A stretch of DNA of 64,000 bases from Podarcis tiliguerta (lineage: Eukaryota), in the NCBI GenBank assembly GCA_965153285.1, contig OZ229115.1; one strand, written 5' to 3'. A program made the translations under genes and the position numbers. Shown here piece by piece: positions 49,626-62,719 of this stretch. The notes under the pieces are model-generated. The model saw only the letters and a list, made by a program, of their open reading frames with translations. It had not been told where the DNA came from and ran no database searches. How positions within the stretch are numbered: position 1 is the stretch's first letter; each line of letters opens with the position of its first letter.

Positions 49626-49799
49626 CTGAAAAGGAAGCAAACACAAACTGCAATTAACATTTCCAAACAGACCTTTATGAAACGTTTTGTAAATTTGAGG
49701 TTTGAGGGATTGAAGCTCACTACCTCAGTAAAGAGACAAGTTGCTTCTATACAGGGCTAGCCCCAAATGATCTGGTTTGAAGGTCACAAGTTTGCTTAC

Positions 49800-49949
49800 C
49801 TCCCGATACGTGTATCGGCAATCCACTAAGGTTGCTCCTGACAGGCCCCCAGGACCTGCCACGGATGCGGCCAATCGGTGGCATGCTATTAAGCTGCTTG
49901 TCACCAGCTTCACTATTTCAAAGTTTTTCTTCAGATCCTGAATAATGCT
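49800..49949 (-). CDS. USP24: USP24 exon 18
   Basis: SIIQDLKKNFEIVKLVTSSLIACHRLAA...RYTYRE. Confidence 0.92.
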
Positions 49950-50379
49950 CTTGGCAGAAGTATTGGAAAAGATGTGTTAAGCAGAGCATTACAACATGTG
50001 CAATTAGACTTTCAAGGCTCAAATACAAGTTTCCCTCGCTGCACCCCCCTGGCCATCTATTCAATCAGGGCCTCAAATGTCTCATAATTTCTATCCTCAT
50101 TCACCACAGTTTCCAGTCATGACACTAGTCGTGCAGAAAGAAGTACTAAGCACTTCAAATATATACTTCAGTTAGCACAGCACAAAATCGTGTGCTTTCG
50201 TTTCCAAAGCCAAATCTGAACTTGCTACGAATACTTAGCATTAAGAACGACACTAATATGGCATGGCATTGTGACAGCGATTGCTTTGTTCAAAGAGGAA
50301 GTCTAAGTCTGATTTCTATGTAGCAGACCCAGGGTTTGACAGCTGTTTTCACATCAGTTCCCTACACAACAGGTTCCAT

Positions 50380-50411
50380 GTTAGGAAGTTAGGAAGTTAG
50401 GAAGTTAGGAA
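50380..50411. repeat. (GTTAGGAA)4 tandem repeat
   Basis: Read directly from the sequence. Confidence 0.85.
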
Positions 50412-51357
50412 GAGGGGGGCTAAATACAAAGAAGATTTTGGATTCAAGGATGAGACTTTAGGCCCACAGTGTCAGCCAATACATTTCCTCTACTTAGTAG
50501 AATTTAATCAAGAATTACACAAGTAAAGTTTAATAAGGTTAAAAAGATAAAATACAGGGTAACCTTACAAATATAAAGTATTGATGCAGAGCTGAAAAAC
50601 CCTAATTAAATCATAATTATCTGGATCAACAAAATAAGTAAGGCTAGGGTCTGATACAAGCTTTCTAAAGGATAGCTTTTTAAAAAAATGTTAAGAGGAG
50701 AGTGGGATACAAAGATAAAATGGGAAATAATGGAAGATCCTGCTGATGGAGGGCGGGGTCTGAGGAAAAGCGGCTCAATATAAGACAGCCTTTATTGCGA
50801 AAAAAGGGAGAGCCAGAAGAACATCTTTAATCAGAACTAATATATCTGACCACGCCAGAGTTTACAACATGGTATGTGAACTTGTGAGTTACACCAGATC
50901 AGATATTCGGACACAATCTGAATAGTGGGAAATAGCTATTTCTGGGAGATCCTACTGCTGACAGCTCTTAAGACCACCCAAAGAAACACCCCCCCCCTTT
51001 CACACATTCCCCCCTTCTTTAAAATCTAGCTTGAGAGAGTGAGTTGAATGCTGTATTGAGTACATAATAGTGTTTTCTCAATTAACTGAGCCTAAAATTA
51101 CAACAATTTGTATGCTAGGGCCTGCAAAAAAAAATTGAGGTTAAAAAGTGGTCCTCAAATTTGTAAAGGCTGGGAACCACTGATCTATACACTGAAATAA
51201 CAAACAAACATTTTCAGGTCCCAAGTACCCAAACCCTCAGTATTCAATGTTGTCTCTGAACGCATCCCATTTTTTAGATTCATTCCCTCTTGATATTTTC
51301 CCTTCCTGATCATATCAATCCACACAAGACACAATTTTGTCTCAAAAATTATCTTAC

Positions 51358-51465
51358 CTTATCTTGCTTTTGGTAGGTCTGCTTAATAAATGAGCGTGTG
51401 ATTTCATGAAGCTGACGTAAAGCTGGGACCACCCACACAAACTGAGGATTATTATGCTGGGATGA
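51358..51465 (-). CDS. USP24: USP24 exon 17
   Basis: SSQHNNPQFVWVVPALRQLHEITRSFIKQTYQKQDK. Confidence 0.9.
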
Positions 51466-51916
51466 CTATTAGGAGAAGGTACAGTAATAGATATGCTTAG
51501 TAACAATGACTGCATAAACATTCCAAGTTTTATTCCCCATTCTAGATTACTTTTGTAGTCTGTACTATAGCTATTCCTCAGTTCCACAAAATCCAGTATT
51601 TAGTTCTCTATGTAATATATATAGATTACATTGTGAAGGACACGTGGATCTATTTGCAAATTTCATTCTTGCAGCTTCCCCACAGCAAACAGTCACTCCT
51701 TTTGGCAGAAACAAAGGCAAGATACTGGCTATGACTCTCACAAGAAGCAAACTGATACACACACTCTCCCTTTTCAAGGCGTCCTGTGAAACTTGAGAAC
51801 TAATGAATGTGCCAAGCTTCAAGTTCTGCAACATTTCTAATCAAATAAAGTTACATCTAGAAGATTTGGGGGCGGGGCGCACGGAATATACATTCTGAGA
51901 GATAAGGCAAACTAAC

Positions 51917-52078
51917 CCTCTTGATGTCTTCTATGCATTTGATGATGTAGCTTCTTTTTATTGCCTCCTTCACTGCATATGCATCACTAAGGATTGTCAA
52001 ATGCTCCTCCAAGGCTTGTTGAATCAAACTGCTGGGCAATGTTGGAAGATGAGCCAACTCCCAGAGAACCTCAAGAAC
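51917..52078 (-). CDS. USP24: USP24 exon 15
   Basis: VLEVLWELAHLPTLPSSLIQQALEEHLTILSDAYAVKEAIKRSYIIKCIEDIKR. Confidence 0.93.
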
Positions 52079-52171
52079 CTACAAGGATATACACACACAG
52101 ATAAATATCAACATTCATTACAGAAGTTAGCCTCCATGTTAACTCTTATAAGTGGAATTTATTACTCATGC

Positions 52172-52267
52172 CTTTCCAGTGGTTGTCTCTACACGTGCTT
52201 CCCGACCAATACGTCCTATCAAGCTTAGCAGCTTCTGTCTCACTCTATCACTCTCAGATTCCCAACT
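52172..52267 (-). CDS. USP24: USP24 exon 14 (GC donor)
   Basis: SWESESDRVRQKLLSLIGRIGREARVETTTGK|gcatga. Confidence 0.88.
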
Positions 52268-52430
52268 CTACAAAAGGGGAGGGAAGGGGGGGGAATGAAT
52301 AAAGACAAAACAAAAAACAAAAAACAATTTGAGTTTCAACTGGGCCAAGCTTTGGTTATCCATATTATGATCTTTAGATCCAGACAGACTTCAAAATATA
52401 TATTTCAGTTTCTTGCTGTAGTTGCCTCAC

Positions 52431-52538
52431 CTTCTGAATAAGGACAAAGAGATGATTGAGCTGGTCTGAGCTGAACTTGACAGCAGCTGCTGCAATAATG
52501 GTGTGGATGTTCTCTATTACAGTTGACGGCTGTCCTGA
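52431..52538 (-). CDS. USP24: USP24 exon 13
   Basis: SGQPSTVIENIHTIIAAAAVKFSSDQLNHLFVLIQK. Confidence 0.92.
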
Positions 52539-55058
52539 CTTTAAAGAGGAGAGAAAAACAACAGTAAGGAGACAGCTATGAAAAAAGGTGAACTTGAAAA
52601 AATGATCCTAGATGTATATTAAACAGAAAATCTGGAATCTCAGGCATTCTCACCCACTGAAAACATAGATGTTTCTGATTCAACATGCTTAGGTTCACAC
52701 TGCAAGAATGAGGAAGTCTGTAGCCCCATCTTAGAGACTGCAAGAAATACCACACTGACAACTTTGTGGTTTTATGTTCAGGTTTTGGACACAACAAAGG
52801 AAGTATTTGTATTCTTTGAAAGGTTTTATACTAAGTGTAAGGGGCAGATACTGTTTGCTAGGTGTGTCATTGAGTAAACTGATTACTAATTCAGAAGCGC
52901 TTTCTGTTTCAGGCTCTGGGTATTCTGGAGGCTAATGGAACCAGTAGAAATGCAGGCATTGTGTAACTACTACTACATAATTAAATAAAGATGAATCATT
53001 CATTCATCTCTAAGAAAAGATGGTACTTTTGAGAACCTTGGAAGGTAAAATTTCAGAAATAAATGCTCAAGCCATGTCAGAAAGGACTCACAATCCTTCA
53101 GGAAGGCTGAATTGATTTGTTCGAAATCAAAAGAAGTTGCTGACGTAGGTGCTAACAACCCTTATATGAATGCAGATTAGCACAGTATTTGAAATAAACA
53201 TTCTAAAGGTAATGCAAATATGAAGACTGTATGGAATACTGAGCTGCTAATTTATCAACCAAACTCTTGGTGCTACATATTGCAGCAAGAAATATACTTG
53301 TGAATGGGCAGTGTGCAAATGTTATTTGTTCTCATATACAACTGAAGTTAAGGTACGACCAAAATCTAAAGAAATGAAGCCACCTTAAAATATTGTAGCA
53401 GTATTCTTAGTTATAAGTATCCTATGTAATGTTGAGAGACTGTAAACACATTGAACCACAGAAGTCATCCATTTGGAATACTGGAAATTGTGCGCTTAAA
53501 AGCAGTGGACTTCACAGCTTTCTACATCAACTCAACCTGCATCCCTGCTACGCTGTGGCAATGATTTGCAACTCACCTTAGTCAGTCACAACCCACCCAT
53601 GTCCTAGAGTACTGGAAAGGGATAGACTACAAAGACATTCTATAATGTGTGTTATTCAGAGACACACAGAGCCTTAAGATCTCTTTTTTTAGAACATGTC
53701 ACAGGTTTGTCAGCAGAATGACTGTGCTCAAAATAAATGAAGAAGTACGTCACATTGTTGCAACAATGCCAGAAATAAAGAGCTTTGTCACCATTTTACA
53801 GACTACTGCATATTTATAAGCTTAACATTGCGTGGATATTCTAAAGACGCCCGTTATAAAGTAAATTGGAGTGGTGGTCCTGATGCTCATTACATTTCTG
53901 CACTCTGAGTCCAGCACAAATTTTCATGCAGAATTTTTCATTAAATTTCTGAATAACCATAAACTGAGGTATAGAGCAGGCCAGAGTTTCTTAACATATT
54001 CAGCGCACAGGAAGATTTGACATAGTTGCTTCATATAAGAGTACTTAAATTAATCAGTGAGGAGGCAGGGAAGGGGGAGAACACGCAGCCTTTAACACTT
54101 ATGTGAAATTTGAATGAACATCATTTCTGCAAAAAAGAAAAGTGATAGAAGTGCCCTTGAAGATAAATGAATTACTAGAGCTCTCTTTATTAAACTGCAA
54201 TAACTAAGTTAAGTAACCAAATAATGTAATGGTGTGTGGGAGGATGGATGGACTGAATAAAATGTACAGATATGCAAAGGTATGTGGGTGTCAAACAAAT
54301 TTAGCAAAGCAATTAAAAAAACTAGCAGTTCTAAACTAAGATATATATATAAAAAAATCATACATCTCTCAATGTTTTCTCTTTCACACAGAATTTGAAG
54401 AGAGATACAACTAGAAACAAAAGAGATGAACCTAGAAGCATAATTTTTTCCAGGGCCTCAGCAAATGTGATCACCATACTGTTTGCTTTCTTGCTCATAT
54501 AGCATCAGAGTGTGGTTGTCACGCATCTTCTTGGAAACTTGCCTAAATCAGATTACTGGTCAGCAGGACATGAACAAGGTATGTCTTATGAGGTTTGGGA
54601 AAGTCACAACACAAGATAAAGATATCAGGACTTAATATGGTGATAGGAACGTACTGAGAAGCATGCATTGAAACAAACCCTGCTCTCTGCTTGTGGCATA
54701 TTTATGTGATTGCAAATAACATAAAATAAAATAAAAAATGATTCATTGAGGTGTTGTTTGTATTACAAGCAACAAATTTCCCTTGGGCAAGTTGTTTAAC
54801 AAGATGACCTACTGGCCTCCTTCCAATCCTAGGATTGATGCATCTATTTAGCATCCACGAACACAACTTCCTGCCATGAGTCCTAATTCTGTAGAATAAC
54901 ACATACTCCATGGATATCTACCGTATGATCAGTCACACTATTATTATCTGCTAAGTTTGGATAGGTTTGGGATCTTTATACATGCACCTGAAAAAGACAT
55001 TCCACAAATGCTGTCAAAAGAATTTCAAACTCTGAGACATACTGCTGCACATCCTCAC

Positions 55059-55162
55059 CTGTATTCTCCATATTTTTGTCAGCTCATCTAATGATAACTT
55101 GCTGCCCAAGAGTTCAATAATTCCTTTTATACGATCACAATATTGTGCTTGGTCTATGTTAC
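55059..55162 (-). CDS. USP24: USP24 exon 12
   Basis: NIDQAQYCDRIKGIIELLGSKLSLDELTKIWRIQ. Confidence 0.93.
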
Positions 55163-55951
55163 CTAGCGAAAGAAACAGGACAGTGAGCCTAACCAGAAGG
55201 AATGCCTTAATCAAGTCTTTGATATGGTAATAACAAAATATATACTCCTTCAAAACAACTACAGTAATAAGAGGTTCAGTAACATGAAGATTTGTTTTCT
55301 AACAACTCTCTCCATCTCATTCACTACACAACTAAGGCCCTTAATATTTTTAAAAATGCCCTTTCTTACCCGATGGATTGGTGCTGGTAGCACCCAAGAT
55401 ACTTCTAAAAATACTAGAGAATTTGAAAGACTCGTTAAAAAATGAACTTTTACCAGGAATATCTACACCAAAATATTCAGATACATGAATGGTTCAGACA
55501 AAGTGCTGTGGTTTAGCATTACGAGTCTTAGCTCATATACTTTGTTCTCGTACTCTGGTGTGGCTGCAAAAAGTACACAATTTTAGCTTCCATCTTGTAT
55601 TAACCACGGTTTTTTTAATCATCCAAAGCCAAACAACACTTCATCTTAACAATGGTTAATTGAAGCAAGCCAACTTTCTAAACTATGGTTTGTGTCAATC
55701 AACCACTGTTAAGATAAACCACAGTTTGCCTGGGTTTGGACAACATTCTGAATTTATTTTAATCTTGTAAGTGGAAGCTTCACATCATTTCCTTGCAGCC
55801 AACCTGGAGGAAGAGGAGTGAGGCAGCAGGCAAGTACAAGGCTCCCTTTCATTAACACCAAACATAGTTTAGCACTCCTGACTGCAACCACAATATCAAC
55901 TTTCTTTCTGTTTAAGAACTTCAGAAATGCAGCAGGATATTCAAATCTTAC

Positions 55952-56066
55952 CTTCTAATGCAATTGAAAGAACAGAGTTTTCTACTAGCCAGTTTAATAA
56001 CCGATCTGTATCTATTGCGTTCTTTACTGATTTGGATACAGTGCTGTCTTCAATAAGTTTTGTTAC
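55952..56066 (-). CDS. USP24: USP24 exon 11
   Basis: VTKLIEDSTVSKSVKNAIDTDRLLNWLVENSVLSIALE. Confidence 0.93.
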
Positions 56067-56782
56067 CTAAAAATTAACACAGTGTCACTCAGAGGATTTG
56101 TAACAACTAGATATATCAACAGCCAAAGTGTGTAGGAAATAAAATAAATAAACTTGGAAGTCAGTTGCTCTATGTATGAGTGGTTCTTGGGAGGGCTGTA
56201 AATATGTGTCCTCACTGTGAAGGTTTGCAAGGCCTGAAACACTAAATACTTGAAGATCCAGGGAATAAGCAAAGCTATATTCTATTTTTCATTACTGCAC
56301 TGAGCAGTGCTCAGCTCTATAAAATCATTAATATTTCAATGGCCTCATGAAAAGTTTATTAGGTCTTTTAAATGCACACTAACACCATATATTTGCCACT
56401 TATTCCATAAGTGAACTTCAAATGGATTTATAGCCATGGATAGAATCTAAGAATCTTTTGATTCCTCCTATGCCCCTGAATTTTCCCTTTGAAAGCTTTA
56501 TGATCCAAATCAGCAATGGTTATCATTAAGTTGTTACGGTTAATATGAGCTAGAGAACTAGCCTTTAACTACTGGATCGGAACCCATTCGTGGGCTGAAG
56601 CCTGATCCATGGTGGCTCAGAAGAGGAGCACTACCACCATGCACATATATGGTAAAAGATCAATAAAATGGTCGCCAAATGAATGTTTGGGATAAAAGTG
56701 TGTCCTAGATCTGTGAAAGTTGAAAATACCTGACTGTGAATGTCAATCTAATCAGTTGAAGATTTTAGCATAGCAAACTTAC

Positions 56783-56941
56783 TTCTTTGAGAGAGTTCAT
56801 TTTTGCACTGAAGTGTGGCGATTTCAGCATACGCAACAGGATATCTAAGCGCAGGTCATCTACTACTGTTACCAAGTCAGGTTGGAATCGCATGCAAAGG
56901 AGCTTGATGGCAGACAAGAGTTCAGGGATACTGACCAGCCT
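56783..56941 (-). CDS. USP24: USP24 exon 10
   Basis: RLVSIPELLSAIKLLCMRFQPDLVTVVDDLRLDILLRMLKSPHFSAKMNSLKE. Confidence 0.93.
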
Positions 56942-57235
56942 CTGCGAAACATAAGAATTATGAGCGCTTTTTAGAGATCTCAATGATGAATTCAAGCAGC
57001 AAGGAAGATACCACCTAAGTTCAGGCAGCCTTTGAAACTGTACAGGTAGGGCTGCCATATTTCAAAAGGTGAAAATCCGGACACAAAAGTTGTTGAGCAT
57101 TTTTCTGGCAGAAGTTATTAAGCTTTTTTTAGTTTTGCTTTGTCTATCAAACACGCTTTGAAAAAGCACTAGCTATACAAGATTCGAACCTCCTATAACA
57201 AAGAATGCTGATTTGCAACTATTGTGGATGTAGAC

Positions 57236-57370
57236 CAGGCATAGGCAAACTTGGCCCTCCAGATGTTTTCGGACTATAACACTCATTATCCCTAACTAAC
57301 AGGACCAGTGGTCAGGGATGATGGGAGTTGTAGCCCAAAACATCTGGAGGGCCGAGTTTGCCTATGCCTG
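57236..57370. mobile_element. hAT MITE with a perfect 8-bp target-site duplication
   Basis: atgtagac|CAGGCATAGGCAAACT ... AGTTTGCCTATGCCTG|atgtagac. Confidence 0.92.
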
Positions 57371-57918
57371 ATGTAGACTGCTACATGGAAGCAACCATTC
57401 TAGCAGGGCCACTCCACCAGCTCCACTAAAAGACTTGCTTTATCGGGCTCTTCCTGTCTCTGAACAATTCTATTCCATGTTGTCATTATAGAAATTACTA
57501 TTTTTATTTTTTTTAATGGGTATCCTGAGTTTCCTCTTCCTTCCCAAGCCCTTCTTTCTTGTGCATCATGTGTTTTAGACTGTAAGTCTTTGGGCAGGCA
57601 CTTTCCTGTATTAACTGACTGCATGTAAGTTACCCGGCTGAAGAGCTGGGTAAACATGTTCTAAATAAATCGTAAATACAGAACAAATTACTTTATAAAG
57701 GAAAGTGTGTACTAAGCACACTGCAGCTGACAGCATTAATGGCTAAATCTTCTATTGCTGATTATTTGTCAAGTGTCATTACAATGTTCACCAAGCATTA
57801 GTTAAGTACACACATGCTTTTAAGCATGGGAGCAGCAGCATTAGCTAATGGAATGTCAGTTTTACACTTTCAAATTGCAGTTCAAGTTGTAGGTCGTATC
57901 TGAAAAATCAGGTTTTAC

Positions 57919-57993
57919 CTTGTCTTTCAGGTCCTTCTCTTCAACATTCTGTACATATTTAATCATATTATGAATTACTGGATCCAGCATGGG
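57919..57993 (-). CDS. USP24: USP24 exon 9
   Basis: PMLDPVIHNMIKYVQNVEEKDLKDK. Confidence 0.92.
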
Positions 57994-59199
57994 CTATAAA
58001 ACAAGAAACAGGCATTCTGTATGTTAAAGAGAAAATGTATCTCCCCGCTCCAAGGGCTTTCTTGAAATGGAAAACTTTTATTCCTGCACCCTTCTGAAGA
58101 TCAGGGAAGTTTCCCTAAGTGGGATTTAATGTGGTGCAGAAAACAAAAATTGCAACCACTCTCCCCTGAGCAAAAGTATATTCCACTCATGCTCAGAACA
58201 TAAGTTAGTGTTCCATTATTATGCTAGTGTTCCATTATTTGACACAAACTAGGCACAATTAAAATAGATGTAAGCCAATTTGATGTGAGTATATGTGAAG
58301 TAAGGAAGCAAACAAATTAATTAATTATAAAGTGTTGTATCCACTGCTTGCCTGAGTGGAAACTGCTCACTCAACCAATCTTTTCACCCCTGCCCCTGTA
58401 GAGCCCTGAACAACATCTCTGGAGGGCTTTCCTATGGGCTGTGTCATAGGCAACTCTCCCTAAAATGGGCAAAGGAAGCAAGGTTTTTGCGTCCAATTTC
58501 AGACAACACCCCCCCTTCCAGGTAAACAGCCCACGTTGTTCAATGAAGTCCTCCGGAAAGGCTTTTTAAGTGTCTGCAGGGAGGAGGAGAAAGATCAGTT
58601 GCACAAGCAACCTTCACATGTGACTGTTAGATACTTCCCAATGTAAAAATAAATACAAGTCTATATTGGGGAGGGCAAATGTTAGATTAGGACCTACTGA
58701 ATGATCTCTGGGTGGGTTAAAGTAGAACAAGGATTTCCAACTCCCAATTGTTTAACAATGGCAGCAAAATGACCCCCCCCCCAATTCAACTGCTGGAGGA
58801 GTGGACTTTTATGTGGAAGGACTGCAAACTCAGTTTGGTTCTGTCACTAAATACAAATTCCAGGGTTCAGAATTATTTAATTCTAAGTGTACAAATTGGA
58901 TCTCACAGTCCGCCCACCTCCAATCTGTCCTATAAAGGTATCTCACAGATTATTCAGAGTTATCCCAAACTGACTGTTATTTTTAACAATAATAGCATCA
59001 ATGTTAATGTGAGCATCATTTGGTGTTATTATATTATTATAATATTATAAGTTTCAAAACAAGTATTTTGCAGATTCATTACCTGAAAACCAAACATAAG
59101 GCATAGGGCAATGAACCACACTTGTTTCACTTTTTTAAAAAAAGCTCAGAGCAAGTTACTAATTGTACATAATTTGAAAGAGAAAGTGCTGTTCGTTAC

Positions 59200-59265
59200 C
59201 TGTACTACCGAAGAATTGAGATACTCTGCACAAACCCCCAAAGGCTGAACTAAAGAAGATACTGC
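59200..59265 (-). CDS. USP24: USP24 exon 8
   Basis: AVSSLVQPLGVCAEYLNSSVVQ. Confidence 0.92.
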
Positions 59266-59606
59266 CTAGAAGAAAGAGAAAGCATTTAAGAACATACACA
59301 GAACAGACCCGAGGCAAATACCACAAGAAGGATGCCCAAACTGGTCCCTAGCATATGAGGCTAAGACAAGAGAATGGTATTTGATAAAACAGACTGATGA
59401 ATATGGCTAGTATAGTTTTGCTTGACGACAGCAACAGCAAATACAGCCTAAAGGTAATGCAACGAAGCACACCAATTCACACTACAGTTTTAGAAGTTGT
59501 GTTTGCTTCACCCAGCACATCTCGAGACTAAAATATTACTTGAACAAGAGCCATCTACTGTGAAAGATTCATAAAACAAAGGGAAATGATCTGGATTTTA
59601 ACTTAC

Positions 59607-59672
59607 CCCAAGTTCAATATCTTCTGAATGAAGCTTAGACTGAATTGCAGAAAATCCACCTAATTCTGCAAA
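59607..59672 (-). CDS. USP24: USP24 exon 7
   Basis: FAELGGFSAIQSKLHSEDIELG. Confidence 0.92.
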
Positions 59673-60681
59673 CTTAATAAGTATACAAACAACACCGTCA
59701 AAGACATGAACTATATAAATAAAAGTAGTGTGATAGGTCTCAGAAACAGGCATGAATAGATGAGCATTTCCTTCAGTTGTCCACCACAGGAAAGTGTATC
59801 AGAAAGGTATGGTGAGTCTAAGGATTTTACTACTTCAGTAATGGAGGTAAAGGTACAACAATTCTCTTAGGAGAATAGGAAAACTACTACTGCAGTTCTC
59901 TCTGTCAAAGACATCTTTTTTCTGAAGTTCACCTAGAAAACTCAGTTTAATGGCATTTCACAGGTAAATTGATGAGAAATCCCTTTAAGAGGTAAAACTA
60001 TTTTTCCATATGCATCATCCATTTCTTTTTACTCTATTACAGCTCCAGAGAAATGATGAAACATTTTGCAAGAATAATGCTGCATACATGCACATGTGTG
60101 CAGACACATACAAAATGAGCCTTGGCAGCCTCTTCACAAAACTCTAGCCTCTCCCTCCTATTTGGTGCTAAAAATACTCATTCTGCTGACAAAAACATTC
60201 GCCTCTCCCATTGTACAAGTGATGGCCGCTCTTCATTTCCCTTCAAATACTTCCCATTCCCTTCAGTTACCACTATAAATTCATCCACTGGATCTCATTT
60301 AAAGATACATGCCTATATATGATCCTCATTCTTCCAGTGCTAACATCCTTCACTGACAGAAGTCCTCTTGCTTTAAATTACAACCCATTCATTCTCTTTT
60401 GTGATCTCCCTGAATATGGACATGGTGCTAACTCTTCCACTTCAGATCCTTCCTCAAATGTATCTTATTTCCCTGTATGCCTTTTGACCAACACTTTCAC
60501 CCTTATTTCCAACTTAATCCCATCTTAAATATTTGTAACTGTATTTCTTCACAGTCATTCTTCTTATCCTCTTGTCGTCCCCCACCCCACGAACTGGTTT
60601 TATTTTTGTTTAATGAGAGTCTGTATAGCGCTCTATATGTGTAGATGGTTCAGAATAAATAATGCTTTATCATTTACTTAC

Positions 60682-60717
60682 CCTATTCACTAAGTCCACT
60701 AGCCATCCATGTGGTTC
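60682..60717 (-). CDS. USP24: USP24 exon 6 (36 nt)
   Basis: EPHGWLVDLVNR. Confidence 0.9.
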
Positions 60718-61510
60718 CTAGCCAACAGAGATGTTAACAAATTAGTAGCATTTCCCCCACAAGGATACTTTGTAAAATAATGGTGTTTTAATTGTGTGTT
60801 TCATTTAGAGCTCTAGATTACTTCATGCATGACTGGTCACTGCAAATACAACACATGCACTGCCTGCCAACAACTGTTCAGATAAGGCGCATAACATTTC
60901 TGGATGAGATTGTTAGCACTATCCACTTCCCAAACATTGCCTAACCTATTATAATGTATTATGCTCTATGATTCTATGATTCTATGACAAGATTAGGATA
61001 TGGAGTTGGTGACACAGAATCAGTTATATTTATAACCCATAATGGAGTAGAAGGTTTTTTTTTTTTTAAGGAATGAAATTAGAAGCAATATTTTGGCACC
61101 AATAAGCTCAATGCTGCAAAAGTGTCTAAAAAGTCTCATGACCGAATTTTTATTTATCCATTTATCACTTCCTTATATCACTTCCTCAGCCACTATTCAG
61201 ATCTAAAAGGACTGGAAATTATCACACCCATACAAGAGTCTAAACCACAGCCACAGTGTGGTCACCACTAAGATCTAGAAGAGAGCACTGCGGTTGGAGT
61301 GGTAATTAAACCCTTATTATAGTCAAAGTAGCAGAAATAATAGCACACCAAAGGCTACTGTCAATGAGACAGATTGATAAATTGTTAGATATGGGAAAGG
61401 GGGTGGGGAGGAAATGGCAATGTTTATTTCAAGTGACACACATACTGCACTAAAACACAACTTAAATTCTGTCTGACTTCTAGTAAGAGACCTGAAGTGC
61501 ACACATTTAC

Positions 61511-61633
61511 CTTCTGGAAAGTAGATATGGGTGAGACAGCATACATATTGCCCTCTCCAAATACTTCTGCCCAGTTCCTTTGGCATACTTTCATTCGGTT
61601 CTTGAAATGGTACTCATTATCAGGATTAAGAGC
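61511..61633 (-). CDS. USP24: USP24 exon 5
   Basis: ALNPDNEYHFKNRMKVCQRNWAEVFGEGNMYAVSPISTFQK. Confidence 0.93.
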
Positions 61634-61982
61634 CTACAGTGAAAGGTTTGACAAGAAATCAGACATACAGGATTTTCCAGTGTAAAACACATTTGGATCA
61701 AGTGGCTTTTCATCAGGTTTTCCCTCCTAGGAAAGAAAAGTGTTTGAACATCAAGAAGAACATACACTTTTGCAGAAGCAGGAACAGAACTTCAGAGTAA
61801 AGAAATAGAAGACATGGTTTTAGTATCTCAAAACCAATTTTCTTTGACAAAACACTGGGTGGCTATTGGAGCCTAGACTGGCGAAATGCATTGCTTCGGA
61901 TTATGTTTATGCAGATATTAACATGGATGCTAAACTTTGGCTTTTAAAATGAAAAGTGAAATATTGTGAGTGAAACCTCAAA

Positions 61983-62182
61983 AAGCAGCCCTATACCAGG
62001 TTAGAATGTTTGCTCATCCGCTCTAGTATGGTCTATTCTGACAAGCACCAGCTCTTCAGGGTCCCAGACAGAGGGAGATCTTTCCCATTGCCTACCACCT
62101 GAACCTTCTAACTGAAGATGCCAGAAATTTAACCTGGGATCTTGAGATTGCAGACTATGTGCTCTACCACTGAGATATGGCC
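61983..62182 (-). mobile_element. tRNA-derived SINE (Squam3-like), degenerate
   Basis: Minus strand ggccatatctcagtggtagagcacatag..cccaggttaaatttctggcatcttcag...tatagggctgctt. Confidence 0.65.
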
Positions 62183-62719
62183 ACTCCCTCTTCACATTTC
62201 TTAAAAATAGTAAATTGACAAGTTTAAAGTCATTGCAGACAGTGGAATACCAAGTGTCAAAGCAAAGTACGAACATACATCTTGCTAAGCAATTAATTAC
62301 ATTCTCTATAGTTTAGAACCTAAGTGGTTTGAATTTCCAAATATACAGGAAAGCCAAGGTTTGGAGCAGTTCTTGGAAAATGACACAACAGCCATAACTG
62401 TGGTTTGTCAGTTCAGACATGGCAAACCAGAATAGTACAAGCCATGGTTCAAAAAACCACTTCAAACCAGGTTTCTTATTCTGATTCAATGGGTGATGTC
62501 TTGTCAATTCAGTATGTCTTGTCAATTCAAACATCACACTAAGTCATAGTTAAAAGCTTCCTTAATCATGATTTGGCGGAATGTATTCAGTATGCAAATA
62601 TAACCAAGAAATGTCTCTTCTAGATTTTACATTTTAATAAGCCATGTGTTTAGGATGAACAGATATTCAGTTGTAAGATTTTCATGCTGAATAGCCTTGA
62701 GATCAAGTAACTGCAATAC

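Noticed and set aside
50380-50411. Telomere-like or CRISPR-like repeat
   Set aside because: The unit is GTTAGGAA rather than TTAGGG, with four copies and no spacers; no CRISPR or prokaryotic system is visible anywhere in the window
52079-52092. ATATCCTT (U12-type donor motif) on the minus strand
   Set aside because: It lies within the acceptor of a short intron, not at an exon end; no U12 intron is needed to build the frame
53086-53163. Possible poison exon in USP24 intron 12
   Set aside because: The GTGAGT donor is present but the acceptors lack a polypyrimidine tract
54480-54584. Exon-like segment on + strand (ttgctcatatag...acaag|gtatgt), antisense to USP24
   Set aside because: A single isolated splice-site pair is expected by chance in 64 kb; no partner exons or promoter seen
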